A model generated the notes under the pieces. The model was not told the origin of the DNA. It worked only from the letters and a program-made list of their open reading frames with translations, and did not search any database. A DNA stretch of 64,000 nt from Fimbriosthenelais zetlandica (lineage: Eukaryota): the NCBI GenBank assembly GCA_977030845.1, contig OZ365111.1:7688001-7752000 (forward strand), given 5' to 3'. This document shows, piece by piece, positions 21,001-33,000 of the stretch (the stretch's first letter is position 1; each line of letters begins with the position of its first letter). Made by a program: the position numbers and the translations under genes.

Positions 21001-24000
21001 CCCCTTGTGCTCGAGCTGCTCGGTCCAGCTAAATTAATGACCAGGGCAGACCCTATTGCCATCAGTAGAGCCACCCCAAACCTGAACCCTATCCATGCAT
21101 CGTCCAGAAGCAATTTTCCATGACTTTTTCTGAGCCCCCTTCTCGCTGCCACCTTCACTGCAGAAGGCAATGAAATTTTTCTGCCAAGTATTGCCAGTGA
21201 AAAGGCATGGAAATCACATCACATAGTTGGACGGATGGTCCCAGACGAAATTGCCAATAAGCAGAAAGGATATGGCCAATACAATACACGTAGCCGTTAG
21301 CAGGCCCGTTCATTGGTAGCACAAGTATAGGCAGTCGCTTGCAGCCATCTTGCATTGAATTATCCCATATACTCTCGCATGAGAGATAATACCCACTAAT
21401 ATATTATAATGGTAACAATTAGTTCATAAGCAGCCCACTGCCATAATATATTTCGATGGGATTAATTGAAAGCATAATAAGCAAATTGATGGGATCGGAT
21501 GAATAGAGGCAATAACTTGGTATGAGGGGGCCAGGTTCGGTCATATAGTCAATTATGCAGGATGCGGTTGGGCCTTTAGACGGCCACACTATGTCCTATG
21601 GCACACGGATACATTCATAACCAAAGGCCGGTGCACGCCTTGACAGGAGACGACAATCGAAGCGTTCCCGCGCGAATAAATCCCGCGCCACCACGGTGCC
21701 ACTTTTTAGCTCATGCTTCATTCAGCGCCCGCTTTTCCATAGATTCCACTAATTTGATTATGTCAAGCGAGGATGCAAACATACGCAGCGGACACTTCAA
21801 TAAATTTAATCTCTTTCGACATCAATTATGGATCGAAGGAGACAAGAGGGCGGCTATGAAATATTCAGGGCGTACTGGTGGTGATACTGGGGAACGCATT
21901 GTTTGCTTGGGTGGGGTGAGGTTTGGCAGAGGAGCAGCAGCAGCATCAACAACAGATGGACTCATCTCTGCCAGCTACTATCACTGTTGAGTGTTGACAG
22001 CAGTGTATACTGTAGACCTCATATAACCCCCTATTGTCCCATTATTCAGGCCTGGATATATTATTTGATCCATGGTAACACTATACACTATCGGATCTAT
22101 CTAACCTACCTTAGGCAGTCTTTGAAAAAAAGAAAGAAAAAAATCCAACATGATACGTCACAGTCATTATTACTACATATATATTCTTATCTATTTTTTT
22201 TTGTGCGAAATGTGCGATGAACCACAACCCATCACCATTTACAAATTAATAAAAACACCCCAAGTGCATTCAAATAATGTCTATTGAATGTCATTGTGAA
22301 TCATGGGCTGCAACTGCCACGTCATTTTCAAAGCCGACAACAACTGTAGTTTCAATGTCTCTTAATCGACGGATGGTTTAACCCCGGATATTAAAATCAA
22401 ACCAATAAGCCTTTTCCCTGTCAAACAAACCGATCTTTCTGCTCCCCGCAGACACATACTTATCAATTCAAGGAGAATTAGGCCTTATTCCCAAAGTCGT
22501 CTGGGCGAGTTGCCTTACAGAAGACAATACCCCGGACGCCGTAATTAGATCGATCTCATACGGCGATATAATGTAGCTTTCAAAAGAAAAAGAAACCAAT
22601 TAGTTAAATTAGGTAGTCCGATACGCCCTCGGGACTGGGCATTTCTTTTGGCGGTAATCTGCCGATCCCTTTCAGACGTTCGCCTAATTAGATCCGTACT
22701 CGCTGTTAGGGGATCACATGATCAAAGCCATGTGGTTTACACTCGTCATCTGACAGCAAATGGCTTGCCACCCCCAGGGATGGGTGGGGGTGGGGGGGGG
22801 ATGATAGGGGGAGCTGCTTTCACAGCCAACCTCCACAGTCAAAGACCATGCAGGTGTTATTTGATATGTGATCTGTCTGCATTGCTTGTCACCATACTTG
22901 CTTCTCTGGCATGGCCGCCTCCCGATCTAATGCCTCAGCTCTGTATATACAGTGTCAAATTAGCTATTATACCAATCTGCCTTATGGTGCAAGTATTCAA
23001 ACTTTTGAATTGAAAACCAATTTTGCCAGGTTTGTACATTTTGGTATCCTCATTTGAAATTAAGGAATCGATATTTGATTTGACACCAGTCTATTTGAAT
23101 TAGTATAATATTCTATATACGTGTATAAGTGCTTTTAAAAATTTATACCAGGTGTGTTTGTATACAATGGAAATTCCTGGTTAAAATAAATTCCTGGAAA
23201 ATCCAGCCTTAATGCACTGACTCATGCAATGCGACTTACTCAGACTCTCAGTCCACCAAGTGAGTCTGGTGTAGACTGCTCTAAAAACGTTTCATGTTCC
23301 CAATTAAGCCCATAACCTGAGCAAAAACAAGAGTTGAAGGCCTTAGAGAAGGCGCCGACTGCTGAATTGTTTGCTGAGGCCAGAATGCTTTCTTTGCTTT
23401 CCTTTAAGTCTTGCAAAAGCAACGGCTGAACTCTGCACCAGGCTGACACGACTCATTCATGTCCCTCCGTTCAGCACACCAAAGACCCCGACACCAATTA
23501 TAAGCAAGGGAGTAAAAGGTGGTGTGTGCATGCGTGTGTGGGTGAGGAGGGGGGTGCGGTTGAAGTGTGAGGTTTGGAATGGTTGGGGGTGGAACTGATT
23601 TTTACTTCCCCCTCCTCCTTTTTACGCCTTTTCTCCCTTCCCACGTCCCCCATGCCACCCCTTTTCCTTCCGCCCACCATACTCTTCCTTCTGGCCTTTT
23701 CTCGCCCCTGTAAAATCCCCTTTCCGAGCCCTTGTCACTAGTCTCTGCCTTGCTGTAGAAGGGGGAGAGTTCTACAGGGCCTGTCATTGCTTGTCAGGCG
23801 TTAGCTAGCATGCATGGATTCCCCTTGCCTTCCGTAGGAGGAATTATCACCAAGGAGAAAGCAGTCCTCTGTATTCTGCATGGCTACAAAGCCCACATCG
23901 AGAGATAAAGTACACAAATGTATTACTTCTAAAATAAATACAATATACGCCAAAATATTTTAGAAAATGCATTATTTTATGCTATATATTTAGAAGGTCA

Positions 24001-27000
24001 CGCAACAGTACCCTTGAGAATATCCTGCATGACATAAATAGCATAAATAAACTGGAGTGACCACCACATCCTGCAGCAAACTGGGAGGCTGACATTTCTA
24101 AGGGACCACAGTCATGGAAGCTAGGAATTGTAGCTGCTTCACTCTCTGCAAAAGCTTTGCCCAACAGTTGCCTGGGGATTCGAATTTTGTCACGTATGGT
24201 CAGATGTGTATTGAGTCGGAGAGAGACTCAAACTGTGAAGCCGCCGCCTAATTGGGGGCTAATCTTCCCCAGGAGGAGGGCTGCTGGACCGGAGGACTGC
24301 CTCACCCTTCCACAACCGCTAACTAGCAATTGCCCTCTCCAGAAAAGCACCATCGATTGGGCCACTCGGAAAATTGTATGTACCACTCAAGCCATGTAGG
24401 GTACATTTTGGTTTCCTCAACACGTTCCTTGCCATAGCAAACTAATCATTAATGCCATATATCTTAGAACATCTGAGGATATTCTCATAATGCTTTGCCA
24501 TGACATAGGCCTATATATAGTGCAGTTATTCTACCACATGGACCCAAATGAATATAGTCAGACCATACCTAGACCAGAGTTAAAATGGATAATGCAGTAT
24601 TTGAACCGGGAAGGAGGTTTTAAAACCAATGCAGGCTACACATAATGATTAAATTCCCGTTGACAGTATCCAGTTACAAGTGCTGACACACATTTACTAC
24701 TTAACCTTATTTGTTCACTTGACACTTAATTGTGCCATCGATAACGACCCATTTCCATATACTACCCGAGAGCCTACCCGAGTATATTATAGAAGGCTCT
24801 CGGGTAGTATATGGAAATGGGGCGTTATCGATGGCACAATTAAAGTATAACTATTCATTTCCATACTCTACCATACATAGGCATAGTAAGGTCTCTGGTA
24901 GTATATGGAAATGGGTATTTATTGATGGCATGATTAAATATCGACAAATAAAGGCAACTTTCTGATAATGATTGCCAATTTACTCTAAAGAAAATTTGAG
25001 TGTGGAGAAATTGCCCGGGCAATTTGATCATTTTGATTGTTGAAATAGAATATTAAAGTTCCATTCTTAAGCGAAAAAGAGTCTTTGGACGCTTCAAATT
25101 TGCTATTTACATATCTGTGTGCAACTAGCAGCCACAGAGAATGGCGACTAGTTCACTCAATCCTTGGTTAAATTGCATGCGGCGTTGCGAAATCAATTTA
25201 CAGAAATTCAATCGGGCCTCGATTAAGTTAAACTGTAATCTTCATTACACTTGATGAATATGCAAGTACTTGGAAACTAAGTGGATGTATTAATGGAAAT
25301 CAGTGGCAATTGCTGCAAATTAATTACAGCAATCATGCGTGGAATGCAAGGTTTAAATCCTTACCTATGTCTCCGCTTCTTTTTCTTTTTTTTACTGTTG
25401 TTTCCCCGGCCGGGGAATCCATGCTCGTCGTCACCCTCTGAAAGATGATAAAAAGAAAGAGAAAATAGAATTTGTTTCCACTGTAAATACATTGAGCAAT
25501 GATGGCGGGCCTCAGTCTAAATCCCCTTAACATCGATTACCAAGGAGCGTTAGTTGATGTTCAAGTGTTTTCTAATGAGTGCTCTATGATAAAATTGCTA
25601 TAAAAAGAGGAACAGTTGGCAAGCTTCCGGATGGTGGAGTGTCTTACAATTGCTCGCCCGACACGCTGACAGTGCCTATAAAGGAAACCGAATTATGTGC
25701 TGCAGAAATTGCTCATCGCTCGGTGTGAATATTAATTGGTTCATTTGAGGGGCCCAGCAAGCAGCAGTTGGCTGTATAGATGAAGCCAAGCAGAAAAGGA
25801 AACAATCATGGCCATTTGGCACCAACCGGGGCGAGTTAGAGTGGCGGCAAAGTCATTATATTATCGCTCAGATCACGGGGTGGAGAGGAAGTGCCCAGAT
25901 ATGCTTTTATCACTGGCTGAGTGAGTTGATGGCCGATCAAAGAGCCGGAAATGACGTACCAATGGCATCATTTGTGACTACTCCCCTATCCTCTCCGCCT
26001 TTTATTTCTGTGGCAATACCTCACATAACCCTCCAAAATCTCACGTTGTGATTTGGAGCTCTATTTTGCTTGGTAAGCCCAGCCTTTCCTAAACGGAGAT
26101 AAGGACTTATAAATAAGAGGACTTATCACCCCTGGCTTAACCCTGTCCATTAGGTTAGTTATTCCATTACTCTCTACATGATGACCGACTAACGAACCTT
26201 GTATCAACTGATTATCGCTCATCGACCGGGCGTTTATCCGGGTAATCCTCAGAGCTAACATGGCCGACTTGACTCTGACAGAGGGGCAACGGGGAGTGGC
26301 GTGTGCTCAAACACAAGCCAAGGGCTTGAACCACTCTCAAATGTGTTTACATTGTAACAATATTTGAGACCATCAGCAAATTGAAATCCCGCTGTGTGAG
26401 CCATTACGAAAACAACTTGGGCTTAAGACCAGTTTGAGATAATGAGGTGATGTTTATTGGCATGAGAAGAAATCAGTGTAGATTGACGTAAACAAAGCCG
26501 TTTTCTAAGGACTCCCGACTGATCTTAGCCCATCCCCAAGAACTCTTGATCAGACATATTACATTTGTTTTTCTGCGGTTAATTATGGTTCAAAACAGAA
26601 TGCGAATTCATAATTATTGTGTATCCATTCCAAATTTGCTGTCACATGACACTTGTCTATGACTGGTATTCTTATGTATGTGACACTGATATACGATGTT
26701 TGTTTAAGGTCTAACAGAATGGATCCCGGAGTCAACCTAGGCTAGCTAGTATTCATTTTACTACTGTATATAGGTCCTTTAATAAGATATATAGTGGCGA
26801 GTCTTTGCGACTGTAGCCTACTTCTATTACCTCATTATACAATCCTCTCACAGAGACCTCCATTGACCCCAGCAGAATAAACCCCATTGTTAATCCCCAA
26901 TGGAAATTAACCAATCAGCCAATGATAATCAAACATTTGCCTTTCAAGAGGCTTACATGATGAATACCACACGAGTGTGCTCTCGGTCTTATTATGTGGA

Positions 27001-30000
27001 ACAGGCCGCAACAATAAATTAGCAAATCCTCAGCTCTATGGAGGCGGTACTAATTTGACTAATGTGTGGTATGGGATGAGAGGACTTATACCGGACTATT
27101 ATATTAGATAACAGACTGCTGTTGGCTTATCGGCACAGTTCTATGTACATGGAAACCAGTCGGTATTCATAGGCTTTACAGCAGCCTCTTACTTTCACTT
27201 CGATTGGTTAAACACTGAGGGATGACAAGAAGCCCATCTGCACACACAAGAAACGGTGTCGGGTGATCCCTTTGAAAAGCACTTGCTGGTGACTTCGCAT
27301 CGGGTCTCTAGTCATAATATAGTGCCAATCATGTTAATATTGCCCCCTGTTTGCTCTCAAAATACTCGCTTCGTGGCTCCTGTATTTTCTTTGCCACGAC
27401 AGGGGAGATGGGTAGGAGTCAATGAAAATAAGCCGCATGGTCCATGAGCCTCAATCAACGGTTCAAACTTTCATGAGCAGACAGACAGTAGACCTGTATA
27501 TTCCCCGTGCTGGGAGCTTGAATAAATCCTGCGCGGTATCTCTTTCCAGATGATGAATGTGCCCTGAATGCCAGTGTCTTCAGAGTATATGACACATCTC
27601 AATTCTTTCTACATCTCCAGCCTAAATTGATAATTTAATATGATTGATACTAAGTTGTATTTTACTTGTGAATACGCCCTGTTTCGATTGTTGACAGAAC
27701 AGCAACTACTCTATGATGACCCGATTGATTGATATCTAGATAAGATATTTAAGGCACCTGTGTACCAAGTACATCAAAGATTAAGTCTTGCTTGATCATA
27801 AACCATGTGAAGCATACAAGGTATTTATACTATCATAGTCTGAATGTATATGCCGTCTATGTAACCTCTTATAGAACTTGAGACAGCAATCATGACAGTT
27901 AGAACCCTTATATATGCATTGATTCTATGCCTATACAATTACATCAATTATAAATATATTTCAAGTGTCTACCCTGACGACAGTCATATGAAATATTTAT
28001 TGATCAATAATCGTTCTTTAATGCATAAAGGTTTCTTTTCGGTTTATATTTCAATATATAATGATAAGACATTTATCTTTGAAACAGAGACCTTTTTAGC
28101 CCCGCTATGTATATAAATCCCAGCATCAAAATATTATGACATTGCACTCACTGAATTGCCCCACAATTACTACGCATCACAAAGGCAGGGGTAGAAGGCC
28201 CTTGGGAAAGCATTAGCTTTGTGTCAGTATTGCATCTGAGACACGCAGTTTCATTGAAGAGTGTCTCCTACCCAAGCCAGCTGTCAGTGGGTGGGTGTAT
28301 ATATATACATGTCTATGTAGGACCCCCAATGCCCTCCTCCTCCTCCTCCTCCTCCTCCCACTCCCTTTCCTTTTCTATAGCCAAGTACAAATTTGTCACC
28401 TTGACTATCTACCTCGGCCCCCCAGCAATGCGTGTGAAGAACATCACCGCTCAACACCAACATTGTCTCTTTGACTTGCTCGGCCTTTATGTTGGGCCTT
28501 CTACCAACAAAGCACCGTGCAGTAACCCACTTGTCACCGGCCACTTGAGGACCATTGGATGGGCATTAGCTGGCCGTGACATTAGAACACAGGCTGTTAG
28601 CAGCCCACAGGCTTTGCCTTCCCCGGTGCCCATATTGTCTGTGTGCTGTCACCAGTTGGTTGAGTTACGGCGCTCCCAGGTCTTGTTAGCTTGACAATTA
28701 GCGCGACAAATGACCCACTAATATCGGGGTGTATTAAATGCCTTTGATGTGACTCCTCCGCCTTGATGAAAGTTTGATCGCAAGCTGGACGTAGCTTGAT
28801 GGTTTGTGGGAGGGGCAGTCCATCTATTCCTATGTATCATCCCCTCCCCCAAGCCCCCCCAACCCCCAAGAGGATGGAAACCAGACTCTCCCCCACCCCC
28901 TGTACTCTCCTTCCTCCCCTCCCCACTCGGCCATCACTATCGCTACCCAACCCATCAATATTGTAGGGAATTCCACCCATCTTTCCCCCACACTATCAAC
29001 AGCCTTTACTTCGACATATAAATGCCACACACATAACCCAACACTTTGACGATACACACTATGAGCAAACCAGTGCTGATATTACAGGGCTCTCCCGTCC
29101 AGTCCTATTGCTGTCACCTACCCATCTCATCTGTCACGTTGGCAAGGGTGACAAACAGGGAACACCAACCATGACATTTCTCTCCAATTTGGAGAAGAAC
29201 CCCGCTGCTCGGTTCGTGCCAGTTCCCTAGCTTAGACTGCAGCCCCTTTAAAACAGTGCTAAAGGACAATGGGCCATGGTCAGAACACCTGTTATTAATT
29301 TGTAGTTTACGGAAGGCCTTTGTGATGCCATAATTCCCTGAGCCGATAATTGTAGACCTTAAGTACGTGCTTAACTCAAGTGACTCATGTAGCGCCATTA
29401 CAAGTACATGTGTTGGTTAGACAGGAACATATTGTAAAATATGTTCTCTTTGAACTTCACCCCAGTGCACAACATGTTGAGATGGTCACTTCAGATAGCC
29501 ATGCAATCTCCACACAGATGTAATCGCGTTTAATCCGATTTTCCTATTTGGATTTTCCACTGGATTTACTCATGAACATGGAAACCATTTCATAATGTTT
29601 TCCAGTTTCTGGGAGTATACAGTGATTTGTTTCCATAAAGCTTTTTTTTCATATTCAAAACAGCAAAACTCGAAGACAAGAGTTCTTGACATCGAGGTGG
29701 ATTCTAGTTGGTGAAGTAGTGAATCTCTGCCTATTGTGTTGGGATTGGACATTAATGTTAAAAAGACACGGACTCTGCACTGTTCTAATGCCTCTTAGCT
29801 GGGCACTGTTCCAGGATGGAGCGTGTCCGTGCAGCTTATTAGTCCTTTAATGTCTCTCATCTTCACCAATGTGAGCTCTTACATCCGACATGAAGGACCT
29901 GTACTATACCTGGTCCTAACCTTTTTTAACCTAGGTTAGCTCACGTCAGTCTACCTCTTCAGGCAAGCCACCAAAAGGTCAATAAAAGCACCTGACCACA

Positions 30001-33000
30001 AACACCACAAGATCTTTATTAACCACTTTGATATCGGCCCTAATGCCACAACCCTGAACCACCCCACACCCTGCCTCGTCACCCCTACTAGGAGACTTGC
30101 ATTTCACTGAAATTAGCCCATCGACTAGTCATAGTCTCGTATTACCTGGCGCCTTACGAGATTCAGCGAGACTTCAGCGAGTTCTCGTTTTGATTGCACG
30201 ACACCAGAGGGCTTGGTGGTTGGTTGTGGCGGAGCACTCTTCAAAGGTGGTGAATTTATCCTGGCACACTCATTCTGGCCACGGGAAATGTGATCTTGGC
30301 TCATAATTTGATATGACATGTTTGTTCGCATTTTTACAGCTCTTTGTCCTTGTTAACGACCAGGGGCTATCCTCCCGCTTGGGAATGGGTTCCTGTAGCC
30401 ACAGGGCGAATCAATTCAATAAAAGATTTCAAGGGACAGAAGTGAATTTCTAACCCTTAAGATTATGTCTTTAAATAGTCCTTTTGGAAATTGACACGAG
30501 GTAAAGGCTACAGAAAGTGGTATTGTACTATGACAATGCTACCGCATGTAAGCATCTATAGTGAATAGCATTGCTAATGGTTGTTCTGAAACAGGCCCCA
30601 GATGAGTGAATACTGCTATCTCGCTCATAACTGACCTAGGTTTTAAGAATGATCAAATCGGAACTCCAATTCAAATTTCTGCCATCAGTGGTCTAATCTC
30701 TATGCCACATCGCCTTGGCATGGGATGCCACAATATAGGAAGCTGATATTCATTGCGCAGACAGACACATCAAAGCAGACAGTAGTCCCCCAACATGGTG
30801 GATAGCACTAAGAATATCCAGGAAATCCGATAAGCTCTTGCGCCCGGTCATTGATATTCAACCAACATTCTTTGTCCGTATTACATCAAAAAGTTAATTA
30901 CCTGACCAACCAAAGGCACCGGGCGGCCATTTGCATTGAGGAGGCCGCTCTAATTGGGGTAATCAAGCATTAAGCGGACCCGACAGACCTTTACATGCAA
31001 TTACCTCAAATGACATGTAACGGGAGACGGTGCTAAGCACCTTTGATGTGACCACCTATTATAGGTTCGCTTGGTTGCTTCCCGGCGTGTTTATGTGAGA
31101 CAAACTGTCCAGTACCTCCTCCTACCTCCTCCCCCTCCACCTCCTTTATTATACCAGCAAGTTGATGACAGTATTTTAAGACCTTCATTCATTTACTCCA
31201 AGTGGTGTGGGAGACAGGCATGGAGAAAAGGGGACCACCGTGGAGGGGTCTATTGCAAAGGCAATCGCCACCGATGCATCGGGGTCGAGCCGCCAGCAAA
31301 GTAAAGGCAAGCATAATTAGCTAAGGGGATAGATATTATGCTTGGATGGTATGGCGGGGCAGGCGGGCTAGGCTTGCAGTTCTGAGATTATGGTCACAGT
31401 AAGTGCCAATATGGATGCGAGTTTCATTCCCTTTGTGGCCGCTCGCCGGCGCTGTAATTCGCCTATTTGGCCAGAAAACACCCTTCATCTCCTTGGTTCC
31501 CCAGAATAATGTTACAAAATGGAATGAAAATATTATTGAAGCGCGGGGAGCGGCGGGTGCGTTGATTTATTATCACAATATTTTATTAGAGGCCGACATT
31601 GGCGAGTCTTGCCGGGGCTAACTCAGTCACTCGTGGGGCCTTGTCAATCCCCCGACCAATAAGACCGTCAAGGGAGACAATGCATAAGCAACCCGCACGA
31701 AAGATTAAATGTTTCATGGGCACTGGGCACGTTATGCTTGCGGATAAATTATTTCCAATTTTCCAATGATTTTGTTCTAGAGACGAGTGATGAAATGGAA
31801 GGCAGTGACAGGAGTGTGTCGGGGCGGGGCGAGGGGGTGGGAAGAAGGAAGCAGGGTGAGGGCCAGAGATTGTGGGGCGCTGGGAGACGGGCTCCTGACA
31901 TGGCAGGGCCATGGAAGGGTTGCCATGCAAAAAGGCAACCGTTCCAAGATGGGAAAATTATTGGCTTTTCCAGACCCTCGACTGGCGCGGGGGGCTTATG
32001 CATGGATGCTTGCATACAGTGAGAAGGCAGGCAAGCTATAAGCCGATGGGTTTTATAATCATAAATCTTATAATTGATCATCCCCGGTTGGCCATTATTG
32101 CATAATTTTTGAAATAATGCTGGGTATGAATAAATCGTGAGCATATTGTGATCGTATAAAATAATGCGACATAAATGCCTCCTCAGGACATAGTTTGATC
32201 ATGTTTAATCTCTAAAAGGCTTCAAAATGTACTTTATTTCCATCATGGCCGCGGATTCCAGAGGAGGGTTGGACTCATGAATTGCATTCCGAGTGTTCCT
32301 GATGCATTTTAACCCGAGGGAACTGCCCAAACAATACTCGATCACTATGGTAACAAACCTAAGTTGCCAGGTCAACGGGGGTCAAATGGTCAATAAAGGT
32401 GATGTGATTGCTTTGAGGAGAGGAGAGGGACACCAATATTGGGCTGCGTTCACATCAATAGTCACTACCGACTGCTGCGCTGATCCGATTAAACGGGTGC
32501 CAATACAGCCATTGTCGCGCCCGGAATCGGCAGCGTAATTGTCGCGATTTCTGGGCACAATTCCACTAAATGGGCTCCCGCTGAGCTAATATTATTTAGC
32601 CTAAACTTGTTACCATACTAAATGTCTTATTTACATGAGTTGATGAGGTCGAATAGGGCCAGTTCTGTGAGAGGAATTACCATTGTTTTAGCCGGTGATC
32701 CAGGAGATGCTGCACCAATACGGCTCATATAGTCGACAGCAAGTGTATACTACATTAAGGGAAATGGCTCCGTACAATATACCCAGGGATATTCCCAATA
32801 CTCCCAAAATCATCTAAAAGGAGTTCAGAGAGAGATAACATGTCGTTTTCTTTATCCATGGATTCTCATTACATGATTACTCATTAATAATAATCACAAA
32901 TTCCTGTTATGCGTGAAGCAATATGAATTAATTTCTGGGATTCTGATTACTCCATGAGTTCGTACTAAAATTGCCAGCTCTTTGAATTAAGAGAATTCAA

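Noticed and set aside
25020-25050. TTTTGATTGTTG matching the 5' end of miR-315
   Set aside because: Match stops after 12 nt and there is no precursor hairpin.
25333-25533. 66-aa ORF containing KKRKRS
   Set aside because: Wrong-frame reading of Vsx exon 2 plus flanking intron.
28221-28694. 157-aa plus-strand ORF in intron 1
   Set aside because: Antisense to Vsx, includes a (TCC)n microsatellite, no domain similarity or splice structure; consistent with a chance ORF.
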